The position numbers and the translations under genes are program-made. A stretch of 64,000 nt of DNA. Source: an uncultured Prevotellaceae bacterium. GTDB lineage: Bacteria; Bacteroidota; Bacteroidia; Bacteroidales; Bacteroidaceae. Position 1 is the stretch's first letter; every line of letters begins with the position of its first letter. Shown piece by piece: positions 48,003 to 57,071 of this stretch. Location of the stretch: contig CACYXD010000006.1 in the NCBI GenBank assembly GCA_902778255.1, positions 144,803-208,802 of the forward strand, read 5' to 3'. Under the pieces are notes generated by a model that saw nothing but the letters and a program-made list of their open reading frames with translations, had not been told where the DNA came from and did not search any database.

Positions 48003-49277
48003 ATGAAAGTACTGATAGTAAATACAAGTGAACAGACGGGTGGGGCAGCTGTGGCCGCCAATCGACTGATGGCTGCTCTTAACAACCATGGAGTGAAGAC
48101 CAAGATGCTGGTAGGCCGCAAGGATACCGATAATATCTGTGTGGTGGAAACGAAGGGTAAATTCAGTAAACGCTGGCATTTCCTCTGGGAGCGGCTGGTC
48201 ATCTTTTTCCATCTGCATTTCAAGCGTGAGCATTTGTTTGAGATTGATATAGCCAATAGTGGCACAGACATCACCATGTTGCGTGAGTTTAAGGAGGCGG
48301 ATGTCATCCATCTGCATTGGATTAACCAAGGAATGCTGTCACTGAAGGGTATCCGCAAGATCCTTCGTTCTGGCAAACCTGTGGTATGGACGATGCATGA
48401 CATGTGGCCTGCCACAGCCATTTGTCACTATGCCCGCAACTGCAAGTACTATTGCAGCAAATGCGACAAATGTCCGCTGTTACCGGGCAGTTCGGCTCAC
48501 AATTTGGCAGCAAAGGTATGGCAGCGCAAAAAAAACTTGCTGGAACATGCCGACAACCTGTCGTTTGTTACATGCAGTCGTTGGCTTGAGGGCGAAGCAA
48601 AGAAGAGCGCCTTGCTCTGCACACAAAGCATTAGCAGCATACCCAATGCCATTGACACCCGCATCTACAGTCCACAGAACAAGACCGAGGCACGACAGAA
48701 GGCAGGCCTGCCCACCGAAGGGCGCATCATACTATTCGTGTCGCAGCGCGTGACCGACGAACGCAAAGGCATCGGCTATTTTATCGAAGCCATTGCAAAA
48801 ATCGTCACGCTCTACCCCGCTCTGAAAGACAACACTACGGTGGCCATTCTGGGTGGCCATGCAGACGAGGTGGCCGGAAGACTGGCAATGCCTGCCCACG
48901 CATTGGGCTATGTGAGCAACGAGCAAGCCATTGTCAACATCTACAATGCCGCCGATGTGTTTGTTACACCGTCGCTTGAAGACAATCTGCCCAACACCAT
49001 CATGGAAGCACTGGCTTGCGGTGTGCCCTGCGTGGGGTTCCGCGTGGGCGGCATACCCGAGATGATTGACCATCAGAAAAACGGCTATGTAGCGGCACTC
49101 CGCGACAGCAACGACCTGGCAAATGGCATAGGCTGGATACTCTGCGAGGCCGACGGCGAAGCGCTGCATCATCATGCCGTGCGAAAAGTGATGCAGAACT
49201 ATTCACAAGCCAGTGTGGCCTTGCACTATACAGAGATTTATCAACAGGCTATCGCCAAAAAGCATTTCTGCCTATGA
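48003..49277 (+). CDS. GT4 glycosyltransferase, WcaC-like
   Basis: TGGAAVAANRL, IHLHWI, WTMHDMW and PSLEDNLPNTIMEALACG motifs. Confidence 0.92.
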   Translation: MKVLIVNTSEQTGGAAVAANRLMAALNNHGVKTKMLVGRKDTDNICVVETKGKFSKRWHFLWERLVIFFHLHFKREHLFEIDIANSGTDITMLREFKEADVIHLHWINQGMLSLKGIRKILRSGKPVVWTMHDMWPATAICHYARNCKYYCSKCDKCPLLPGSSAHNLAAKVWQRKKNLLEHADNLSFVTCSRWLEGEAKKSALLCTQSISSIPNAIDTRIYSPQNKTEARQKAGLPTEGRIILFVSQRVTDERKGIGYFIEAIAKIVTLYPALKDNTTVAILGGHADEVAGRLAMPAHALGYVSNEQAIVNIYNAADVFVTPSLEDNLPNTIMEALACGVPCVGFRVGGIPEMIDHQKNGYVAALRDSNDLANGIGWILCEADGEALHHHAVRKVMQNYSQASVALHYTEIYQQAIAKKHFCL

Positions 49278-49852
49278 ATCCTTTTGCACAAGCAGTCATC
49301 CTCACTGCCTCTACGCTGCGCATGATACCGCATATAGCACTCTATCTGCTACATCGCCGACAGATTGATGCCGATTTGGAAAAATATTCTAGCGACGGAC
49401 GAGGTCTTGGAGCCTTCATTAAGGTGTGCACACGCCAGCGCGTGTTTCGCAATCTGTTCTACTATCGCCTGGGTGAATACCGCTCGGTGTTCATCAAATG
49501 GCTGCTACCACCAGAGTCCACACTCAACATCTGGTGCCCACAGATAGGACCTGGCTGTCATTTCGAGCACAACTATGCCACCTATCTCAATGCCGAGCGC
49601 ATAGGCTCTGATTTCTACTGTCTGCAACTGGTGACGCTGGGCAACGACACCCAGATGCGCCGTCCTGTCATAGGCAATCATGTCAGCATCTACACGGGTG
49701 CCGTAGTGTTTGGTGGCATCACCATTGGTGACAATGTAACTATCGGGGCCAACTGTGTGATACGCAAGGATGTGCCAGCCAACTGTACGGTAGTTGGCAA
49801 CCCTGCTGTTATCGTGTGTAAGGACGGCATGAAAACCCACATTGAATTATGA
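49274..49852 (+). CDS. Serine-acetyltransferase-like left-handed beta-helix O-acetyltransferase (WcaB-like)
   Basis: Hexapeptide repeats PVIGNHVSIYTGAVVFGGITIGDNVTIGANCVIRKDVP. Confidence 0.85.
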   Translation: MNPFAQAVILTASTLRMIPHIALYLLHRRQIDADLEKYSSDGRGLGAFIKVCTRQRVFRNLFYYRLGEYRSVFIKWLLPPESTLNIWCPQIGPGCHFEHNYATYLNAERIGSDFYCLQLVTLGNDTQMRRPVIGNHVSIYTGAVVFGGITIGDNVTIGANCVIRKDVPANCTVVGNPAVIVCKDGMKTHIEL

Positions 49853-50634
49853 TACGATTCACCATCATCACCATTACTTATAATGCAGAGGCTGTTGTAG
49901 AACGCACGCTGCAAAGCGTGATGCGTCAGACCTACGAGGGTGTGGAACACCTGATTATCGACGGAGCCTCAAAAGATGGTACGATAGATTTGGCCGAGGC
50001 CTATAAACAGCAGTCGGATATCTCTGAGAACGGGCATAAAGTCATCATCAAGTCGGAACCAGATCATGGCATCTATGATGCGATGAACAAGGGTTTGACG
50101 CAGGCTTATGGTGACTACGTGGTCTATATGAATGCCGGTGACTTCTTTCCGCAGGATGATACGCTGGAACAGATTGTACACCGCTGTAAACTGACAGAGT
50201 ATCCTTCTGAAGCTTTGCCTGGCGTGCTCTATGGTAATACGGACATTGTAGATAATGAGGGTCGTTTTCTGCATCCCCGCAGACTACAACCACCAGTCCA
50301 ACTCACTTGGCGCTCGTTCCGACAGGGAATGCTGGTATGTCATCAGGCCTTCTATGCCCGTACTGATATAGCCAAGAATTTGCAATACGATACTCGTTAT
50401 AAGTATTCTGCCGATGTCGATTGGTGTATACGTGTGATGCGTGAGACGGAGCGCATGGGCTTACCTTTATATAATATAAATATGGTGGTGGCCAACTATA
50501 CCGAGGAGGGAGCGACGACCAAGAATCACAGAACCTCGCTTAGAGAGCGCTTTGACGTGATGCGACGGCATTACGGACTGCTTTCAACGGTAGTGATGCA
50601 TGTGTGGTTTGTGTTTAGGAGTAAAAGGAGTTAA
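49849..50634 (+). CDS. GT2 glycosyltransferase, WcaE-like
   Basis: IITITYNA, IIDGASKDGT, GIYDAMNKG, MNAGD and CHQAFY motifs. Confidence 0.93.
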   Translation: MIRFTIITITYNAEAVVERTLQSVMRQTYEGVEHLIIDGASKDGTIDLAEAYKQQSDISENGHKVIIKSEPDHGIYDAMNKGLTQAYGDYVVYMNAGDFFPQDDTLEQIVHRCKLTEYPSEALPGVLYGNTDIVDNEGRFLHPRRLQPPVQLTWRSFRQGMLVCHQAFYARTDIAKNLQYDTRYKYSADVDWCIRVMRETERMGLPLYNINMVVANYTEEGATTKNHRTSLRERFDVMRRHYGLLSTVVMHVWFVFRSKRS

Positions 50635-50662
50635 GAAGTTAAAAAGTTAAGACGATAGATAT

Positions 50663-53086
50663 ATGAGACTACAGTTTAACGTGGAATACCGTACTGGATT
50701 CGGTGAACATCTGACATTGAACCTGATGGCAGAAGACGGACGGGTGGAGCGTCATAATATGCAGACGCTCGATGGTCTGCACTGGCAGTTGGAAATGACC
50801 TGTCTGAAAGGGAGTGGTACCTATATGGACTACTATTATAGCGTGATGCGTGGCGACAAGGAAATGCGTCATGAGTGGCTGGTGGAACCCCACCGACTGG
50901 AACTGGCTGCCGTGAAAGGTGCCTATTATACTGTCTGTGACCACTGGATTGACATGCCAGAGGACAGTTATATGTACTCATCGGCTTTTACCGACTGCGT
51001 GATGGCCCGTGAGCGGCACTTGAGTACCAAAACGGAATTCATACATACCATCCGTTTGAAGGTGCGTGCCCCGCAGTTACGCAATGGCGAGCGACTTGCT
51101 TTGGTAGGTTCTGTAGATTATTTAGGCTGCTGGGATTGTTCCAAGGCGTTGCCTATGGCTGAACATGAGTGTCATGAGTGGGTGGTCAGTCTGGATGCCG
51201 ATCGCCTGCCGGCATATACGGAATATAAGTTCGTGATACTGCCTTCTGATGCGAATTGCGCACTGAGCGTGATCTGGGAGAACAGTCAGAACCGTGTGCT
51301 GACAAAGCCCGAAATGGTCGATGGTCAGGTGGTGGTCTATGAGCTGCAGCAGGCCTGGTTCTCTATTCCCTTGTGGAAAGGTGCCGGCACGGTGATTCCC
51401 GTCTTCTCGTTGCGCAGTGAGGGCAGTTTCGGCGTGGGCGACTTCGGTGACTTGAAGATGATGGTTGACTGGTGCGCCAAGACCCGTCAGAGCATCCTGC
51501 AAATACTACCTATCAATGATACCGTGATGGCGCGCACATGGCAGGACTCATATCCCTATAATGCCATCAGTATCTATGCCTTACATCCACAATATATGGA
51601 CCTGCGCCAGCTGCCTGCCATCAAGGATGAGACCCTGCGCCTGAAATATGAAAAGCTGCGCCAGGAACTGAATGCGCTGTCTCAGATTGACTATGAGCGC
51701 ATGAGTGAGGCGAAGATGGACTACTTGCAGATTATCTTCAATCAGGAGCGTGCCAGCGTGAAACGCCGTGCCGACTATAAGAAGTTCTTTGAGGATAACC
51801 GAGAGTGGCTGGAACCATACGCTCGCTTCTGTTTTTACCGCGATAAGTTCGGCACCGCCGTCTTTTCTAATTGGCCAGAGAAACTGCCAAAGCCCGAGCA
51901 AAAAGTGCTCGACTTCTGGTATTTCGTGCAGTATCATCTGGACAAGCAGATGCATGAGGTACATGCCCATGCAAGAAAAAAGCATGTCATCCTCAAGGGT
52001 GATATTCCCATCGGTATCAGTCGTGATGGTGTGGAGGCATGGGTGGAACCGCGCTTCTTCAACCTCAACGGACAGGCCGGCGCACCGCCCGATGCCTTCT
52101 GTGAGGATGGGCAGAACTGGGGATTCCCCACCTACAACTGGGATGAGATGCAGAAAGACGGTTGTCAGTGGTGGGTGCGCCGCTTCCGTAAGATGGCTGA
52201 GTATTTCGATGCCTATCGTATAGACCATGTACTGGGTTTCTTCCGTATCTGGGAAATTCCCGTGCCTGAGAAGAGCGGACTCTACGGACAGTTCCAGCCA
52301 GCGCTCCCAATGACGCGTGAGGAGGTGGAGACCTATGGCGTGCCTTTTTTGGAAGACCTCTTCCTGGAAGATCATAAGCGCAAGAATGTATGGCATCCGC
52401 GGATCAATGCCACTAAATTGGAAGCTTTTGAACAGTTCTCGGAAGATGAGAAATGGCGTTTCTGGAGTCTTTATGATGATTATTTCTATCGTCGTAATAA
52501 CCAGTTCTGGTATAATGAGGCAATGAAGAAGCTACCTCGCCTGACCGAGGCTACACGTATGCTGGTGTGTGCTGAGGATCTGGGTATGGTACCCGAATGT
52601 GTGTCGTGGGTGATGAACGACCTGCGTATTCTCTCGCTCGAGATACAGACCATGCCCAAGGAGTATGGTGTACGCTTCGGACATTTGCAGCGTAATCCTT
52701 ATCGTTCTGTCTGTACCTTCTCCACACACGATATGCCCACGTTGCGTCAGTGGTGGGACGAAGATGAAGAGCGCGCTCAGGACTATTACCAAAACGTGTT
52801 GCACATGGAGGGTGAAGCTCCTCATCCATTGCCAGGAAGGCTGGCCCGTGAGATCCTGTCGCGCCACCTGCTCTCACCGTCAATGCTCTGTCTGATGTCG
52901 TTCCAGGATTGGATAGCTATTGATGAAGAACTGCGCTTGCCCGATCCGAATGCCGAGCGTATCAATATCCCTGCCAATCCTCGTCATTACTGGCGATATC
53001 GTATGCATCTGGATATAGAACAACTGCTCAAGGCTGATGCCTTCAATCACGAGGTGAGGCTGTTGATACAGCAAGGAAATAGATAG
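50663..53086 (+). CDS. malQ: 4-alpha-glucanotransferase (GH77) with N-terminal CBM20 domains
   Basis: IPVFSLRS, QILPIND, KGDIPIG, RIDHVLGFFRIW, AEDLG and RINIP motifs. Confidence 0.95.
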   Translation: MRLQFNVEYRTGFGEHLTLNLMAEDGRVERHNMQTLDGLHWQLEMTCLKGSGTYMDYYYSVMRGDKEMRHEWLVEPHRLELAAVKGAYYTVCDHWIDMPEDSYMYSSAFTDCVMARERHLSTKTEFIHTIRLKVRAPQLRNGERLALVGSVDYLGCWDCSKALPMAEHECHEWVVSLDADRLPAYTEYKFVILPSDANCALSVIWENSQNRVLTKPEMVDGQVVVYELQQAWFSIPLWKGAGTVIPVFSLRSEGSFGVGDFGDLKMMVDWCAKTRQSILQILPINDTVMARTWQDSYPYNAISIYALHPQYMDLRQLPAIKDETLRLKYEKLRQELNALSQIDYERMSEAKMDYLQIIFNQERASVKRRADYKKFFEDNREWLEPYARFCFYRDKFGTAVFSNWPEKLPKPEQKVLDFWYFVQYHLDKQMHEVHAHARKKHVILKGDIPIGISRDGVEAWVEPRFFNLNGQAGAPPDAFCEDGQNWGFPTYNWDEMQKDGCQWWVRRFRKMAEYFDAYRIDHVLGFFRIWEIPVPEKSGLYGQFQPALPMTREEVETYGVPFLEDLFLEDHKRKNVWHPRINATKLEAFEQFSEDEKWRFWSLYDDYFYRRNNQFWYNEAMKKLPRLTEATRMLVCAEDLGMVPECVSWVMNDLRILSLEIQTMPKEYGVRFGHLQRNPYRSVCTFSTHDMPTLRQWWDEDEERAQDYYQNVLHMEGEAPHPLPGRLAREILSRHLLSPSMLCLMSFQDWIAIDEELRLPDPNAERINIPANPRHYWRYRMHLDIEQLLKADAFNHEVRLLIQQGNR

Positions 53087-53090
53087 TAAA

Positions 53091-53130
53091 GCGAAATGAG
53101 AAATGAGGGCCTCCTCATTTCTCATTTCGC
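53091..53130. terminator. Bidirectional terminator, 18-bp perfect inverted repeat
   Basis: GCGAAATGAGAAATGAGG, GCCT loop, CCTCATTTCTCATTTCGC, between convergent genes. Confidence 0.9.
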
Positions 53131-54186
53131 TTATTTCTTATCATTTAGTCTTAGCAGTCGCTTGTATTCCTTCTTGGTAAGCCGCATGAAGGAACCATGC
53201 TGAGGAGCCGTCACGCCCTCGATATCTACGGGCTCGTGGAAATTGCGCAAGTTCTCATCAGCCTTGCAGATGCGGTAGTGCTTGGGGCGGTCACTATATT
53301 GGATATAGGCAACACGCCAGGTGTTGTCACCAATGAGTTGGAAGGCACTGGAACCCTCACATTTCTTCTTACCCTCAAACGAAACATAGTCGTCCTCAAT
53401 GGGCTCGCCCCAGCCGTAGGTCAGGTGGTCGCTGGTAGCAGTATAGATACCAGGCTTGCCACCCTCCTTCTTAATGAGCATATGGTATTTGCCGTCGCTC
53501 AGCAGGTTGATGTCGGCATCGATGGTGGCATAGCCCCAGTCAAACAGCAGTTTGGGCTGGGTCAACTTAGTAAAGGTCTTGTCGGCATACGAGTAGTACA
53601 TACGGTCGTATTTCTCTTCAGTGCGGTTCCACATGGAGTAGTAAATCATGTAGCCGCCCTTGTCGCCATTCTTCCATACGTAATTGGGATCCCAGAAAAT
53701 CTGCGGCGCCCACACGCGGTTGATGGTGCTCCAATCCTTATAGACACTCTCTGCCTCAGGATTAGAGAAGATGCTTGCACCCTTGCGATAGTCGAAACTG
53801 ACGCTCTCCCAGTGAATCAGATCCTTGCTGGTCAGTAGGTCGATGCCGTAGTTGTCCCAGTCACTTAGTTTATTCAGTGTCTTGGTCATCGCATTGTTCA
53901 TGTCGGTGGTCACCATCACGTAGCCCTTGCCGTTCCATGCCCTGCAGATATAGGCATCTCTTTGGCCGCCCTCGATGCGGGCGTGCTCCTTAGGATCCAT
54001 CACGGGATCGCCTCCCAGAATATCCTCATAGTGATAGCCGTCGCGGCTCACGGCGAAGGCTGTCCACTGTCCCTTGTCACTCATGTGACAGTACAAATAA
54101 CCATAGTCGCCCTTCTGCGGGTTCTGGGCCGTTGCGGTGAGTACAGCTATCGTCAGTGCTGCCAATGTCATGAAAAACTTCCTCAT
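53131..54186 (-). CDS. Secreted GH43-like five-bladed beta-propeller glycoside hydrolase
   Basis: QRDAYI, VWAPQIFWD, TIDADI, CEGSS and QHGSF motifs; signal peptide. Confidence 0.85.
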   Translation of the reverse strand: MRKFFMTLAALTIAVLTATAQNPQKGDYGYLYCHMSDKGQWTAFAVSRDGYHYEDILGGDPVMDPKEHARIEGGQRDAYICRAWNGKGYVMVTTDMNNAMTKTLNKLSDWDNYGIDLLTSKDLIHWESVSFDYRKGASIFSNPEAESVYKDWSTINRVWAPQIFWDPNYVWKNGDKGGYMIYYSMWNRTEEKYDRMYYSYADKTFTKLTQPKLLFDWGYATIDADINLLSDGKYHMLIKKEGGKPGIYTATSDHLTYGWGEPIEDDYVSFEGKKKCEGSSAFQLIGDNTWRVAYIQYSDRPKHYRICKADENLRNFHEPVDIEGVTAPQHGSFMRLTKKEYKRLLRLNDKK

Positions 54187-54320
54187 TATATAACTTTTTG
54201 CTTGCAAAGATAGGACTTTTCTAACGATTAGCCAAAATTATTTATGATTTATAATTTATAATTCACAATTATTTTCTACCTTTGTACACAAGAAACAACA
54301 TTACTAATTAAAACAATAAA

Positions 54321-56297
54321 ATGATGACTACTGTAAAGACCCTATTGACGACCCTTCTGATGGTCGCAACAGCGTGCCCAGTAATGGCGCAGAAAAAGAA
54401 AGCCGTTGTGGAACAGCCCAAAGATCCCAACGAGATGGTGGCTTATCTCTTTACTTATTTTAATAGCAACGACCCCAAGGACGAGCAGATATGCTATGCC
54501 CTGAGTGACGATGGTTATAACTACACGCCGCTGAATATGGGTATGCCTGTCATTGAGAGCGACACTATCGCTTTTACCCAGTGTGTGCGCGACCCGCATA
54601 TCCTGCGCGGTGAGGATGGCAAGACATTCTATATGGTGGTTACGGATATGCGTTCCAGTCTGGGTTGGAGCAGCAACCGCGGTATGGTATTGCTGAAGAG
54701 TACCGACCTGGTGAACTGGCAGCACTCTGCCATCAACTTCCCCACACGCTATACGAAGACATGGAAGAACGTGATCCGTGTGTGGGCACCTGAGACTATC
54801 TACGACCGCAAGGCTGGCAAATATATGGTGTTCTATTCTCTGCGCACCAGCGATGCGAAGTCGTACGACAAGATTTACTATCAGTATGCCAACAAGGACT
54901 TTACAGACTTGGAGGGTGAACCTCAGTGGATGTTTGACGCAGGCAATGCCACTATCGACGGCGACATTGTCTATAATGATGCCGATGGACTCTATCATCT
55001 GTTCTATAAACAGGAGTCGGGTAGGGGCATCTATCAGGCCGTGGCCAAGAACCTGACCGACAAGTGGCAGATGATCGATGGTAATGTGGAGCAGACCAAG
55101 GAGGCTGTAGAGGGTGTTGGTGTGTGCAAGGCCATCGATGGCAAGTCATGGATAATCATGTACGACTGCTACGGCAATGGTCATTATCAGTTCTGTAAGT
55201 CGGAAGACCTGAAAACCTTCAAGTTCGTGCAGAACACCGAGATGAAGGGTAAGTTTACCCCCCGTCACGGCACCATCATCCCTATCACCCGTGCTGAGAA
55301 AGAACGTCTGCTTAAGGCTTTCCCTAACTACAAACAGCCTATTCTCTCTGGCTTCCATGCCGACCCTGAGGTGCTCTATTCCAACAAGACGAAGAAATAC
55401 TATATTTATAGCACCACCGACGGCACACCTGGCTGGGGTGGTCATGACTTCAGCGTTTTCTCATCCGAGAACCTCATTGACTGGAAAGATGAAGGAAAGA
55501 TGCTCGACGTGAAGGGCGATCAGGTGAAATGGGCAACGGGTAATGCATGGGCTCCCTGTATCATAGAGAAAAAAGTGGGAAAGGCTTATAAGTATTTCTT
55601 CTATTTCTCTGCTCATAACCCTAAGAGCAACCGTAAAGAGATTGGTGTGGCTGTAAGCGATAGCCCTACAGGGCCTTTTGTGGATAGTGGTGCACCTATC
55701 ATCACCGATGCCGACCGTCCCAAGGAGGCTCGTGGCGGACAGGCTATCGATGTGGATGTTTTCCAGGATCCTAAGACCGGTAAGTACTATCTCTACTGGG
55801 GTAATGGTTTTATGGCTGGTGCCGAGCTCAATGACGATATGCTCTCTGTGAAGAAAGAAACCATCACCCACATGACACCAAAGGGTGGCAACCTGCAGAC
55901 ATGGGCTTTCCGTGAGGGTGCTTACGTGTTCTGTCGCAAGGGCACGTACTATTTTATGTGGAGTGTTGACGATACGGGTTCACCCAACTATCATGTATGC
56001 TATGGCACGGCAAAATCGCCCCTCAGCCCCATCACTATTGATGAGCAGAACTATATGGTTATCAAGCAAAAGCCTGAGGACCATATCTACGGCACCGCTC
56101 ACAACTCCGTGCTCCAGATTCCCGGCAAGGACGAATGGTACATCGTTTACCACCGCATCAACAAGAACTTCATCCGCCACGAACCAGGCATCCATCGCGA
56201 AGTCTGCATTGACCGCATGACGTTCGATAAGCAAGGGCGTATTATTCCCGTTGTGCCTACGCTCAATGGTCCTGAACCACTTGCAGCAAAGAAATAA
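54321..56297 (+). CDS. Secreted tandem GH43 glycoside hydrolase with two propeller domains
   Basis: Domain 1: RDPHI, WAPE, IDGDI, EGVG, RHGT. Domain 2: HADPE, WAP, IDVDVF, REG, HNSV. Confidence 0.9.
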   Translation: MMTTVKTLLTTLLMVATACPVMAQKKKAVVEQPKDPNEMVAYLFTYFNSNDPKDEQICYALSDDGYNYTPLNMGMPVIESDTIAFTQCVRDPHILRGEDGKTFYMVVTDMRSSLGWSSNRGMVLLKSTDLVNWQHSAINFPTRYTKTWKNVIRVWAPETIYDRKAGKYMVFYSLRTSDAKSYDKIYYQYANKDFTDLEGEPQWMFDAGNATIDGDIVYNDADGLYHLFYKQESGRGIYQAVAKNLTDKWQMIDGNVEQTKEAVEGVGVCKAIDGKSWIIMYDCYGNGHYQFCKSEDLKTFKFVQNTEMKGKFTPRHGTIIPITRAEKERLLKAFPNYKQPILSGFHADPEVLYSNKTKKYYIYSTTDGTPGWGGHDFSVFSSENLIDWKDEGKMLDVKGDQVKWATGNAWAPCIIEKKVGKAYKYFFYFSAHNPKSNRKEIGVAVSDSPTGPFVDSGAPIITDADRPKEARGGQAIDVDVFQDPKTGKYYLYWGNGFMAGAELNDDMLSVKKETITHMTPKGGNLQTWAFREGAYVFCRKGTYYFMWSVDDTGSPNYHVCYGTAKSPLSPITIDEQNYMVIKQKPEDHIYGTAHNSVLQIPGKDEWYIVYHRINKNFIRHEPGIHREVCIDRMTFDKQGRIIPVVPTLNGPEPLAAKK

Positions 56298-56310
56298 CAC
56301 TTTTCTGCTA

Positions 56311-56568
56311 ACACTTAACATTGCAAAAACGCAATGCACTTATTATAAGACACTTAAGTCTTATTTTAGCACAAAAAGCCCTAACATAACACTTAACATA
56401 GAGTTAACATAGACTTAACATTCATTCGTCAGCAAAAAAAGCGAAAGACAAAATTTGAGGTATCTCCTCATGTTAACTCTATGTTAAGTCTATGTTAAGT
56501 GTTGAAACTATGTTTTCCTTTCTAAAGTATTCAAAATGAAGACTTTACGTTCTGGCCATGTTAAGTCT
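56311..56568. repeat. Inverted arrays of an 11-bp unit (A[CG]A[CG]TTAACAT)
   Basis: Three units at 56389-56421, three inverted at 56470-56502, single outer units at 56311 and (inverted) 56558. Confidence 0.88.
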
Positions 56569-56624
56569 TGCGTAAAGACAATACTTTTGCAGAATAAATA
56601 AGGAAATGCATTCTTGATACGTAG

Positions 56625-56720
56625 TTCTATTCCCACGCAGGGACTCTATTGCTCCCAGCGTGGAACTGAATAGGTCTCAACGTGGGACTATATCGTTTCC
56701 AACGTGGGAGCAAAATAGAA
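56625..56720. repeat. 22-bp-period degenerate tandem repeat with terminal inverted repeats
   Basis: GG(G/A)A ends at 56640, 56662, 56684 and 56706; TTCTATT / AATAGAA termini. Confidence 0.8.
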
Positions 56721-56734
56721 ATCAAAATATTTCT

Positions 56735-56774
56735 GCCGAAAGTTTTGCGCTTTCGGCTTTTTTGTTTACCTTTG
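56735..56774 (+). promoter_or_regulatory. Promoter (-33 TTTG 56744-56747, -7 TACCTTTG 56767-56774) overlapping a terminator-like hairpin
   Basis: 19-bp spacer; hairpin GCCGAAAG / CTTTCGGC at 56735-56757 followed by T6. Confidence 0.75.
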
Positions 56775-56778
56775 CCCT

Positions 56779-57030
56779 GTCGTTCGGAGAAATGGACGAT
56801 GACATTGAGGAGAGCTATTAAGCTTTGACCCGTCTGAGAATCTGCAAAATTCAAAGTTGTATGGGAAAAAGTCTGAAAGGCTGCTTCTCCTGTAGTAGTA
56901 TATATACTGCTCACTCAGCTATGGAGTCAGCTTACATATATACCTGCAGGTGTGAGCTGATTTTCATTCTTTATACAACGGGTATTGCAGAACCTTCAGA
57001 CAAGGAATGTCGAGAAGGCTCACACCCTTT
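56779..57030 (+). ncRNA. Candidate structured RNA or long leader upstream of the BspA-like gene
   Basis: Nested complementary helices read by eye (see findings). Confidence 0.55.
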
Positions 57031-57071
57031 GTATATAAACGTAATTGTTTCTTTCTTTAAATATCGTTTAC

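Noticed and set aside
56625-56720. Possible CRISPR array (also considered for 38983-39080)
   Set aside because: Units are contiguous and degenerate with no unique spacers, and there are no cas genes in the window.
56779-57030. Retron msr-msd or DGR template region
   Set aside because: No reverse transcriptase ORF in the window, and no near-identical TR/VR pair with A-specific mismatches was seen. Kept only as a generic structured RNA candidate.
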